Part shown: in pieces, positions 18,021 to 26,767 of the stretch
Layout: each line of letters starts with the position of its first letter
Position numbering within the stretch: position 1 is the first letter of the stretch
DNA from: Paracoccaceae bacterium
GTDB taxonomy: Bacteria > Pseudomonadota > Alphaproteobacteria > Rhodobacterales > Rhodobacteraceae
Direction of reading: 5' to 3'
Assembly: GCA_045564995.1 (NCBI GenBank)
Contig: JBJLGG010000001.1
Span: 7,443 to 71,442, forward strand
DNA length: 64,000 bases
The notes under the pieces: generated by a model
Database searches by the model: none
What the model was told of the DNA's origin: nothing
Seen by the model: only the letters and a program-made list of their open reading frames with translations
Position numbers and translations under genes: made by a program

Positions 18021-19163
18021 ATGACCAAATTAAAATGGGGAATGATAGGTGGTGGAGAAGGAAGCCAAATTGGTCCAGCACACCGCTTGGGAGCTATCGC
18101 AGACGGCCGATTTGAGTTGGTTGCCGCCGCTTTTGATCACAGGCCGGCAAAAGGCAAAGCATTTGCTGAAAGCCTAGGTGTTGATAGTTCTAGAGCCTAT
18201 GGTAGCTGGTCAGAAATGCTTAATGGTGAGAAAAATAGAGATGATGCAGTTGATCTTGTCACTGTTGCGACGCCAAATGCCACCCATTTTGAAATAACGA
18301 AATCTTTTCTAGAGGCTGGCTTTAATGTTTTATGTGAGAAGCCGATGACTATGACAGTCGAAGAGGGCGAAGAAATTTATAAAATCGCTAATAAAAGTGG
18401 TAGGGTCTTCTCAGTAAACTATTGCTATTCTGCTTACCCAATGGTGCGACAAGCTCGTGCCATGGTGCGCAGTGGTGATATTGGCAAATTAAGGTTAATA
18501 ATTACAAACTTTAGTCATGGGCACCATGCAGATGCCGAAGATGCAGAAAATCCACGAGTGCGATGGCGGTACGATCCGCAGATGGCTGGCGTTTCTGGTC
18601 AGTTTGCCGATTGTGGTATTCATGCATTGCATATGGCTAGTTTTATCTCTGATGATACCGTAGAAAGTTTGAGTGCAGATTTTGCGTCAACTATTTCTAC
18701 AAGAATTTTAGAAGACGATGCATTTGTTAATTTTCGCCTCAGTAAAGGGATCGTTGGACGTTTGTGGACTTCATCTGTGGCAATTGGTAGGCAGCACGGT
18801 TTCGATATACAAGTTTTTGGTGAAACCGGTGGCTTGCGTTGGGCCTCTGAGCAGCCAAATCAGTTGATCTACACTCCGTTGTCAGGTCGAACGCAAGTCA
18901 TTGAAAAAGGTGAGGCTGATTTGTACGACGATGCTAAACGGATAAGTAGGGTGGCAATAGCACATCCTGAAGGCTTCCCGCTAGCTGTTGCTAACATGTA
19001 TATGGACTTAGCCGATGCAATTTCTGGATATGAAAGAGATGGATTGCCAACCGCTGAAGATGGTCTCCGCTCGATGGCGGCGGTGTATGCAGCAGTTGCG
19101 TCTGCAAAGAAAAATGGTTCGTGGGTTGATGCGAGGCCTCCAGTTTTCGGAGGCAAAAGTTAA
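18021..19163 (+). CDS. Gfo/Idh/MocA oxidoreductase
   Basis: Motifs GMIGGGEGSQIG..HR, ATPNATH, CEKP, WRYDP, DCGIHA and HPEG. Confidence 0.85.
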   Translation: MTKLKWGMIGGGEGSQIGPAHRLGAIADGRFELVAAAFDHRPAKGKAFAESLGVDSSRAYGSWSEMLNGEKNRDDAVDLVTVATPNATHFEITKSFLEAGFNVLCEKPMTMTVEEGEEIYKIANKSGRVFSVNYCYSAYPMVRQARAMVRSGDIGKLRLIITNFSHGHHADAEDAENPRVRWRYDPQMAGVSGQFADCGIHALHMASFISDDTVESLSADFASTISTRILEDDAFVNFRLSKGIVGRLWTSSVAIGRQHGFDIQVFGETGGLRWASEQPNQLIYTPLSGRTQVIEKGEADLYDDAKRISRVAIAHPEGFPLAVANMYMDLADAISGYERDGLPTAEDGLRSMAAVYAAVASAKKNGSWVDARPPVFGGKS

Positions 19164-19185
19164 AGTTTAGTTTCGGAGAAAAGAA

Positions 19186-20184
19186 ATGTTGACTGTTGGA
19201 CTTATTGGAGCAGGGCGTATAGGACGAGTGCACGCGAGCACAATTTCTATGCATGCGCACTCTAAATTAGTGGCTGTTGCAGATGTTATTGAGGATAATG
19301 CGCAAAAGCTAGCAAGGGATTTTGGAGGCCAAGCCTGCACTGTCGATGCAATTTATAAAGATAAATCGATCGACGCGGTTCTAGTTGCAAGTTCGACCGA
19401 TACCCATTCTGAAATTATTGAAAAAGCGACGTTAGCAGGTAAAGCAGTTTTATGCGAGAAGCCAGTTGATATAAGCTTAGTTCGCGCAAAGCAGTGCTTG
19501 GATAATACAAAACCTAACGGTCAGCCAATAATGTTGGGTTTTAATCGCAGATTTGATCCAAATTTTGTTGCTTTGAAGAGTGAACTTGATGCAGGCGGAA
19601 TTGGTAAAGCAGAGCTTTTGGCGATAACCTCTTTTGATCCGGCACCACCACCAATTGATATTTTAAAGGTATCAGGCGGTTTGTTTAAAGATATGATGAT
19701 CCATGATTTTGATATGGTGAATTTCTTATTTGAAGGCTTACCTAAGTCGATAATGGTCTCTGCGAGTTCAGTAATTGACAAAAAGATTAGTGAACTAGGA
19801 GATTATGATACAGCTGTTGCAACTTTGAAATATGCTGATGGTAGATTAGTAGTAATAAAGAATTCTCGCCGTGCTGCTTACGGTTATGATCAACGGATTG
19901 AAATCTTGGGCTCAAAAGGTTTGCTACAAGTTCAAAATGTTGTTGAAGATGGTATTATTAAGTCAACTGAGATGGGCGTTCAAAGCTCGAAGCCTGAATA
20001 CTTTTTTTTAGAGCGATACAAGGCCGCTTATCAAAAAGAGTGGGCAGCATTTGTCTCAGCTGTGCAAATGAAAACCCCTGTCCCAGTAACATTAGCAGAT
20101 GGAATTTCTGCTTTGGCAATGGCGGAAGCTGCAGCTGTTTCAGCTAAAGCTGGCTCAGAGGTCGAACTAGCAAACTTTCTGTGA
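19186..20184 (+). CDS. iolG: myo-inositol 2-dehydrogenase
   Basis: Motifs GAGRIG, CEKP, GFNRRFD, SGGLFKDMMIHDFD, YGYDQRIE and FFLERY. Confidence 0.9.
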   Translation: MLTVGLIGAGRIGRVHASTISMHAHSKLVAVADVIEDNAQKLARDFGGQACTVDAIYKDKSIDAVLVASSTDTHSEIIEKATLAGKAVLCEKPVDISLVRAKQCLDNTKPNGQPIMLGFNRRFDPNFVALKSELDAGGIGKAELLAITSFDPAPPPIDILKVSGGLFKDMMIHDFDMVNFLFEGLPKSIMVSASSVIDKKISELGDYDTAVATLKYADGRLVVIKNSRRAAYGYDQRIEILGSKGLLQVQNVVEDGIIKSTEMGVQSSKPEYFFLERYKAAYQKEWAAFVSAVQMKTPVPVTLADGISALAMAEAAAVSAKAGSEVELANFL

Positions 20185-20278
20185 AAGAATTGACCTTAAG
20201 TATTAAAATTTACAATCTGAACGAAACGAGTAAAAAGTTTCTGAATATCGAGCAAAAAATAAGAAAGATTTAAAAAAA

Positions 20279-21175
20279 ATGAGTGTGAAAATTGGTATAT
20301 CTCCTATTGCTTGGCAAAACGATGATCTTCCCAAATTGACAAAAGACTTTACGATGGAGCAGGCCTTAATAGAGGCAAGAGAAATCGGTTACACGGGAGT
20401 TGAGAGAGGCCAACGCATGCCACATGATACTGAGGGATTAAAAGCCTATCTCGAAAGTGCGAAAATTGAACTTTGCGGTGGTTGGTGCTCCGGTAATAGC
20501 CTCGTAAATAATTTTTCTGAGGAGTGTGAGGCGATCAGTCAGCAAGTTGATCAATTCGTAGAATTATCCAGTCCATGCATCGTATATTCTGAATGCTCAA
20601 ATACAGTTCAGGGGGAAATACAAACGCCTGTTAATAAACGCCCAAAGTTAACACGGGATGAAATTTCTTCTTATGCCTCAAAAATTAGCGAAGTAGCCAA
20701 GTGGTGTGCTGATCGAGGAATGCCGATGGCATATCATCATCATATGGGATCAATAATTGAGACTGAGGATGATGTGAACTGGCTTATGGACGCATCCAGC
20801 AGTGATTTAAATTTATGTTTTGACACTGGTCACCTACTTTTTGGAGGAGGTGATGTTTTGGCAACATTGGATAGATGGGGTGACCGCATCCATCATGTTC
20901 ATTATAAAGACATTCGGCCAAGCATTGTGGAAGATGTGAGAAAAAATAATAAAAGCTTCCTGGATGCAGTAATTGCTGGTGCTTTTACAGTTCCTGGTGA
21001 TGGTTGCATTGATTTTCAAGCTGTATCAAATTCATTGGCGGCAATGTCTTATTCGGGTTGGATTGTCGTTGAGGCTGAACAAGATCCCGCTAAGGCCCCA
21101 CCATATGATTACTCAAAAATGGGATATGAACATATTATCCAAGTGTGCAAAATGGCTGATCTTTCAATCAATTAA
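20279..21175 (+). CDS. iolE: myo-inosose-2 dehydratase
   Basis: Motifs ISPIAWQNDDLP, YHHHMG, DTGH, HVHYKD, FTVPGDG and GWIVVEAEQDP. Confidence 0.92.
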   Translation: MSVKIGISPIAWQNDDLPKLTKDFTMEQALIEAREIGYTGVERGQRMPHDTEGLKAYLESAKIELCGGWCSGNSLVNNFSEECEAISQQVDQFVELSSPCIVYSECSNTVQGEIQTPVNKRPKLTRDEISSYASKISEVAKWCADRGMPMAYHHHMGSIIETEDDVNWLMDASSSDLNLCFDTGHLLFGGGDVLATLDRWGDRIHHVHYKDIRPSIVEDVRKNNKSFLDAVIAGAFTVPGDGCIDFQAVSNSLAAMSYSGWIVVEAEQDPAKAPPYDYSKMGYEHIIQVCKMADLSIN

Positions 21176-21211
21176 CCTTATTTATCAACGCGAGACTAAG
21201 GAATTCGTTAC

Positions 21212-22018
21212 ATGGGCAGTTTACATCGCAAGCCGACGGCCAATAACGGTTTGATACATAATATAACGCCAGAAAACGCAGATTGGCGCTATGTAGGATT
21301 TGATTTGTACAAGTTGTCTCCGGGACAATCTGCGAAAGGTAGCACAGGAGACCGCGAAGTAATTATTGTTTTAGTAGAGGGCAGGGCGCATCTCAAAAGT
21401 AGCAGCAAAGACTGGGGAGTGTTAGGTGATCGTATGTCTGTTTTTGAAAAAACATCACCACATTGTTTATACCTTCCATGTGACAACGAATGGGAAGCAG
21501 ACGCATCAACAAATTGTGTTTTGGCAGTATGTTCCGCCCCCTGCAAAAAACAATATGATCCGCGTTTGGTCGGGCCAGATAATATTGAGCTTACAAAAAG
21601 AGGGAAGGGGGTAAACACAAGGTATATAAACAATATAGCAATGGAAGATGTTGATATTTGTGACAGCTTACTTGTTACTGAAGTTTATACACCGGCTGGC
21701 AATTGGTCTTCCTATCCAAGCCATAGGCATGATGAGGATAACTTTCCAAAGATAACATATTTAGAGGAAACATACTATCATCGTCTAAATCCAGCAAATG
21801 GTTTTGGCTTTCAACGTGTGTATACCGATGATAGGTCATTAGATGTGGCTATTCCCGTTGAGGATGGAGATGTTGTTCTTGTGCCAAAAGGCCACCATCC
21901 ATGTGGAGCCCCGTACGGCTTTGAAATGTATTATCTAAATGTTATGGCGGGGCCCCTTAGGAAATGGCGATTTTTGCCAGCTCCTGAAGTTGAATGGATC
22001 CTAGAAAGGGATGGCTAA
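21212..22018 (+). CDS. iolB: 5-deoxy-glucuronate isomerase (copy 2, canonical proteobacterial type)
   Basis: Motifs GNWSSYPSHRHD, LEETYYHR, GFQRVY and YYLNVMAGP. Confidence 0.9.
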   Translation: MGSLHRKPTANNGLIHNITPENADWRYVGFDLYKLSPGQSAKGSTGDREVIIVLVEGRAHLKSSSKDWGVLGDRMSVFEKTSPHCLYLPCDNEWEADASTNCVLAVCSAPCKKQYDPRLVGPDNIELTKRGKGVNTRYINNIAMEDVDICDSLLVTEVYTPAGNWSSYPSHRHDEDNFPKITYLEETYYHRLNPANGFGFQRVYTDDRSLDVAIPVEDGDVVLVPKGHHPCGAPYGFEMYYLNVMAGPLRKWRFLPAPEVEWILERDG

Positions 22019-22773
22019 TGTCAGGGTCTGCAATTTATCCAAGTCTAAAAGATAAAATAATTTTTATTACTGGAGGAGCATCTGGTATTGGTGCGTCAAC
22101 CGTTCGCGCATTTGATCGTCAGGGTGCAGTTGTCGGAATATTAGATATTGATAGTGCATCAGCCAATCAGCTCGTAACAGATCTAGATGGGCCTCATCAA
22201 TTTGTACAATGTGATTTAAGCAATATTGATGAGTTGACTTCAGCCATTTCGAAACTTGAAAGAAAAATTGGAAAAGCGCAGGTTTTGGTAAATAATGCTG
22301 CACGTGATGATCGCCATGATTGGCGCGAAATAGACGCAAATTACTGGAATGAGCGAATGGATATTAATTTGCGACATATGTTTTTCGCTATTCAGCAGAT
22401 TGCTCCTTGGATGATAGATGAAAAATGTGGATCCATTGTAAATGTAGGTTCAAATTCATGGTGGGAATGTGGCGCAGGTTTTCCTGCTTATGCTACTGCC
22501 AAGTCCGCGGTTCATGGATTAACACGAACTATGGCAAGGGAATTAGGGGCGTATAATATTCGTGTTAATACAGTTGTTCCTGGTTGGATTATGACTAAAA
22601 GACAAAAAGATTTATGGGTGACGCCCGAGGCATTGCAGAAACAACTTGAGAGGCAATGTATTCCTATACCAATAGAGCCTGAGTATGTGGCAAATATGGT
22701 TGCCTTCCTGTCAAGCGAAGATGCCAAAATGTGTACAGCGGGAAATTTCATGGTAGAAGGTGGATCCATTTAA
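22018..22773 (+). CDS. SDR oxidoreductase, D-xylose 1-dehydrogenase-like
   Basis: Motifs SAIYPSL, TGGASGIG, NNAARDDRH, NLRHMFF and YxxxK resemble Caulobacter xylose dehydrogenase. TAATG coupling to iolB. Confidence 0.75.
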   Translation: MSGSAIYPSLKDKIIFITGGASGIGASTVRAFDRQGAVVGILDIDSASANQLVTDLDGPHQFVQCDLSNIDELTSAISKLERKIGKAQVLVNNAARDDRHDWREIDANYWNERMDINLRHMFFAIQQIAPWMIDEKCGSIVNVGSNSWWECGAGFPAYATAKSAVHGLTRTMARELGAYNIRVNTVVPGWIMTKRQKDLWVTPEALQKQLERQCIPIPIEPEYVANMVAFLSSEDAKMCTAGNFMVEGGSI

Positions 22774-22909
22774 TTGACTAAAGAGCTACTCAATTGCTGA
22801 CTTATTCAAACATGATGCTACCTCAAAAATATGTATTGGAAATGAGCAGGTTGCATCTGGGATCTTGGCAGTATTTTGAGGCTCCCAAAAGTATTTTAGG
22901 TAAACTCTT

Positions 22910-24433
22910 ATGAATAAGACTATTAATGCACTAATAAATACGCAAAAAAGTGACCTGAACTTACTCGGCGCACCAGACCGCAAATGGTCTACCTTTGGCA
23001 ATCTCAAAACACTTTCATCGTATGTCAATTTACAGCTAAGGTCGTATGGTGTGACAGTTGCAGATAGGGTGGCCATTGTATTACCAAACGGTCCCGAGAT
23101 GGCGAGTGCCTTTTTAACAATGGCCCAAAGCTGTACTACTGCACCGTTAAACCCTAATTACAGGGAAGAAGAATATTTATTTTATCTGAAAGACTTAAAC
23201 GCAAAAGCACTAGTAGTATTAAAAGATTACAACGGTGCAGCGCTTGCGGCCGCAATTCAGTTGAATATTTTGGTAATTAGAATGAATGTAAATCGAAAGC
23301 ATTCGGCTGGAGAATTTGAGCTCTGCTGTGATATTAATAATCCTGTGACATCGGAGCAATTACCCACTCCAACGAATATAGCTCTAATTCTGCACACCTC
23401 AGGTACTACATCTCGGCCAAAAATCGTACCAATTCTTCACTCAAATATTGTTTCGTCAGCAGAAAATATAAAAAGATCTCTCAGATTGACGGAGGAAGAT
23501 ATTTGCATGAATATAATGCCTTTATTTCATATACACGGTTTGATTGCGGCTGTATCTGCATCCATAGCTGCCGGTGGATCGGTGTGGTGCACTCCCGGTT
23601 TTGATGCATTAAAGTTTTTCCGATGGTTGGATGACGCCTCACCTTCATGGTTTACTGCAGTTCCAACAATGCACCAGGCAATTCTAGCTAGATCTAAGCG
23701 AAATAAAGATGCAATCGAAAAAAATAAACTAAGGTTTTTACGATCTTCATCTGCTTCCCTACCATCGCAGGTTATGAAAGAATTGGAGCGAGTATTTGGT
23801 GCACCAGTAATTGAAGGGTATGGAATGACCGAAGCAACACACCAGATGGCCTCAAATCCACTTCCACCATTGGTGCAAAAACCGGGTTCTGTTGGGCTTG
23901 AAGCTGGACCGAAAATCCGAATTGCTCATGAATTAGAAAATCATCTAATCGACGGCATTGGAGAAGTCGTTATCTCAGGTCCAAACGTAACACCTGGTTA
24001 TGAAAATAATTTTGAAGCTAATAAAAAAAGCTTTTTTAACTTTGAGGGTGAACGCTGGTTCCGTACAGGAGATCAGGGTGCTTTTGACCACGATGGATAC
24101 CTCAGCTTAACTGGAAGGCTAAAGGAAATAATAAATCGTGGTGGTGAAAAGATAAGTCCCCTAGAGGTAGACGAAGTTTTGATGGATCACCCGAGCGTAG
24201 CCCAAGTAGTTACATTTGCAGTGCCCCATGAGAAACTCGGCGAGGATGTAGCGGCGGCTGTTGTTTTGGAAGAAGGCTCAGAAGTCACAGAAAGTGACCT
24301 AAGAGGCTTTGCTTCAGATCGAATGGTAGACTTTAAAGTACCTAAAAAAATCGTTATTCTTTCGGAAATACCAAAAGGTGCGACTGGCAAACTCCAGCGG
24401 ATCGGATTAGCTGAGAAGCTTGGTTTGGCTTGA
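22910..24433 (+). CDS. Acyl-CoA synthetase, oxalate--CoA ligase (AAE3/PCS60/Oxs)-like
   Basis: Motifs APLNPNY, LHTSGTTSRPK, MPLFHIHGL, AVPTMHQ, YGMTEATHQMASNPLP and NRGGEKISP. Confidence 0.82.
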   Translation: MNKTINALINTQKSDLNLLGAPDRKWSTFGNLKTLSSYVNLQLRSYGVTVADRVAIVLPNGPEMASAFLTMAQSCTTAPLNPNYREEEYLFYLKDLNAKALVVLKDYNGAALAAAIQLNILVIRMNVNRKHSAGEFELCCDINNPVTSEQLPTPTNIALILHTSGTTSRPKIVPILHSNIVSSAENIKRSLRLTEEDICMNIMPLFHIHGLIAAVSASIAAGGSVWCTPGFDALKFFRWLDDASPSWFTAVPTMHQAILARSKRNKDAIEKNKLRFLRSSSASLPSQVMKELERVFGAPVIEGYGMTEATHQMASNPLPPLVQKPGSVGLEAGPKIRIAHELENHLIDGIGEVVISGPNVTPGYENNFEANKKSFFNFEGERWFRTGDQGAFDHDGYLSLTGRLKEIINRGGEKISPLEVDEVLMDHPSVAQVVTFAVPHEKLGEDVAAAVVLEEGSEVTESDLRGFASDRMVDFKVPKKIVILSEIPKGATGKLQRIGLAEKLGLA

Positions 24434-24447
24434 TAGGAGGCTTTGGC

Positions 24448-25431
24448 TTGAAGATTTGTATATTTGGCGCTGGTGCTATAGGTGGTTTTGTTGGGGCAAA
24501 GCTTGCTGATGCTGGCGCTGAGGTAAGTATGGTTGCCAGAGGCGCTCATTTATCGGAAATGAAGAAAAATGGGCTAACCCTTCTAGAAGACGGCTTGGAT
24601 CCTAAAAGAATAACGGTCAGAGTTGCTCAAGATCCGTTGGAACTTGGCGCTCAAGATTATGTTTTTGTTACCTTGAAAGCCCATTCAGTACCATCTGTTG
24701 CAGAAAGTATGAGTCCTTTGTTCCACGATGATACTACAATCGTAAGTGGCGTTAATGGGATCCCATGGTGGTATTTTCATAAAATTGGCGGAGAGCTAGA
24801 GGGTACAAGATTATCTTCGGTTGATCCTGATAACAAACAATGGGATGTATTTGGGCCAGACCGTGTTTTGGGATGTGTAGTTTATCCTGCTGCTGAAGTC
24901 ATTAAACCCGGGGTAGTACGGCACATTGAGGGAAATAAATTTTCCTTGGGTGAACCAAACGGAGAAAAATCACAACGTTCCCAATTACTTTCGGAAGCAT
25001 TGAGGTCTGCCGGTTTAAAAGCGCCGGTAAGGAAAAAAATTCGTGATGAAATTTGGGTAAAATTATGGGGGAACTTATCATTCAATCCAATTTCAGCTTT
25101 AACCTACGCCACTCTCGATGTTCTGTGTGAAGATCGGGATACAAGACAAGTTCTCCGCACTATGATGCTAGAGGCTAAAGAAATAGGCGAAAAATTAGGT
25201 GTAAATTTTCCAATTGACGTGGAGCAGAGAATAAATGGAGGAGCCGCAGTAGGTTCTCATAAAACATCAATGCTGCAGGATTTAGAGCTATCTCGTCCTT
25301 TGGAGATTGACGCGATATTAGGTTCAGTTCAGGAATTAGGCCAAATTACCAAGACGCCCACGCCAACCATAGATACTGTGTTGGCAATTATTAAATTAAG
25401 AGCAAAGACAGCAGGCCTTTACACAAGCTAA
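24448..25431 (+). CDS. panE: Ketopantoate reductase family protein, probable oxalyl-CoA reductase (PanE2-like)
   Basis: Motifs GAGAIGG, NGIPWWYF, GCVVYP, WVKLWGN and HKTSMLQD. TTG at 24448 follows AGGAGG. Confidence 0.8.
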   Translation: MKICIFGAGAIGGFVGAKLADAGAEVSMVARGAHLSEMKKNGLTLLEDGLDPKRITVRVAQDPLELGAQDYVFVTLKAHSVPSVAESMSPLFHDDTTIVSGVNGIPWWYFHKIGGELEGTRLSSVDPDNKQWDVFGPDRVLGCVVYPAAEVIKPGVVRHIEGNKFSLGEPNGEKSQRSQLLSEALRSAGLKAPVRKKIRDEIWVKLWGNLSFNPISALTYATLDVLCEDRDTRQVLRTMMLEAKEIGEKLGVNFPIDVEQRINGGAAVGSHKTSMLQDLELSRPLEIDAILGSVQELGQITKTPTPTIDTVLAIIKLRAKTAGLYTS

Positions 25432-25469
25432 AGTAAAAAAAGAATTTGGTCTTTTTAGCATCAAGTAAA

Positions 25470-26192
25470 TTATTTTGTTGAGATTGCATCTATCCAAAGA
25501 GCATCTAGCAAATCAATTTCATCGGTATCAAATCTATCACTTTTCTCCCAATATCTTCCATCTTCTATAAAATAGCCCAGTGTAGCCTCCTTTTGTTTTG
25601 CTTGATTGAATTTATTTTCATTTAACTGGAATGGTTCGGGAGCATTTGAACTTACAGAGTTTCGTCTTGGAGCAACCAGTTCGCTTTCAGCCTTTGATAA
25701 ATTAGCTATTTGACAGCCCTGTCTTAGTGCAATTGCGTAGATCCTTGCCGATTTTGCTTTCAGTGACCGCAGTGAGATATCTTTCCTTAAAGGGTCTGCA
25801 GTACCTGTGCCATAAAAATGGGTTGAACCTGTTTTGGGATAAACCATATCACACCCTAAAATATCTATCGAACGAGGTCTGTAGTGGCCAAGTGTCCAGT
25901 AAAGTGCGGTGAATGCCATTGTTCCACCTGCATAAACGAAACCTCCATATTGGTTTTGAATATTTACAAACTGCTTTTCATCAACTTTCTGTTGTGACGA
26001 TTTGAAGGCAGTAGGTTTGTTTTGGTTTGGAAAATCATGAGGGTAAATATGATCTGTCCACCCATCAATAACTTTCCAAGCATTATTAATAACAACTATT
26101 TTATTATAGCTTGAGAGGTCTTGTTCCAATATTTCAATAACATTTGGGCCAGAGCCTAAGATTAGTACTTTATTTACAAACATAGCCACCAT
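25470..26192 (-). CDS. Hypothetical protein with Maf/sialyltransferase-like motifs
   Basis: ILGSGPN, INNAW and LGCDMVY..HFYG resemble the GT42/Maf-type motif pattern. Function unknown. Confidence 0.6.
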   Translation of the reverse strand: MVAMFVNKVLILGSGPNVIEILEQDLSSYNKIVVINNAWKVIDGWTDHIYPHDFPNQNKPTAFKSSQQKVDEKQFVNIQNQYGGFVYAGGTMAFTALYWTLGHYRPRSIDILGCDMVYPKTGSTHFYGTGTADPLRKDISLRSLKAKSARIYAIALRQGCQIANLSKAESELVAPRRNSVSSNAPEPFQLNENKFNQAKQKEATLGYFIEDGRYWEKSDRFDTDEIDLLDALWIDAISTK

Positions 26193-26239
26193 TACATTTT
26201 GAAAAATAAAATAAAGCTGCAGTTCATTTTACCTATAAA

Positions 26240-26767
26240 CTAAGCAGTTACTGTCCCAGATATTTGCTCAAAATGCTTTAACATATATATGCGAAGCCAT
26301 GGCGTGAATTCATCAGGGTTTGTTTTAACTTTGTTTGCCAATTCAATTTGGTCTAACCATGTCACTTCCATAACTTCTTCTGGGTTTGGAGTAACTTTTG
26401 GAAGGTTTGAGCAGTTAGAAGTGAATATTTCAACAAGTTCGTGTTCAATAAGTCCCTGGCCGACATCAGCGCGATATTCAATTTTCCCTCTATTTTCTAA
26501 GTGAAGGTCGGTTAAGTGCAACTCTTCGAATAAACGCCTGCTTGCACAGTCTACATCTGTTTCATTCCAATATGGGTGAGTGCAGCATGTATTCGCCCAT
26601 AATCCAGGAGTATGATATTTACTCAAGGCTCGTCTTTGAAGCAATATTTTATTTTCGTGAAATACAAAAACCGATATGGCTTTGTGTTTTAAGCCAAGTT
26701 TATGGGCTTCAAGCTTTTCTACGGGTTGAAGTGTTCCATCTACCCACGCCGGTATCATGATATTCAT
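26240..26767 (-). CDS. idi: Isopentenyl-diphosphate isomerase type 1
   Basis: Motifs KLEAH..GLKH, LWANTCCTHP, EHE and FTPWL. Confidence 0.92.
   Translation of the reverse strand: MNIMIPAWVDGTLQPVEKLEAHKLGLKHKAISVFVFHENKILLQRRALSKYHTPGLWANTCCTHPYWNETDVDCASRRLFEELHLTDLHLENRGKIEYRADVGQGLIEHELVEIFTSNCSNLPKVTPNPEEVMEVTWLDQIELANKVKTNPDEFTPWLRIYMLKHFEQISGTVTA

Noticed and set aside
7693-22018. Streptidine-like (StrB1) aminocyclitol biosynthetic cluster
   Set aside because: No aminotransferase, phosphatase or resistance gene is present, the iol genes are catabolic types, and the enzyme looks more like AGAT than StrB1.
22786-23076. 96-aa minus-strand ORF
   Set aside because: It overlaps the promoter and 5' end of the acyl-CoA ligase in antisense and has no motif.
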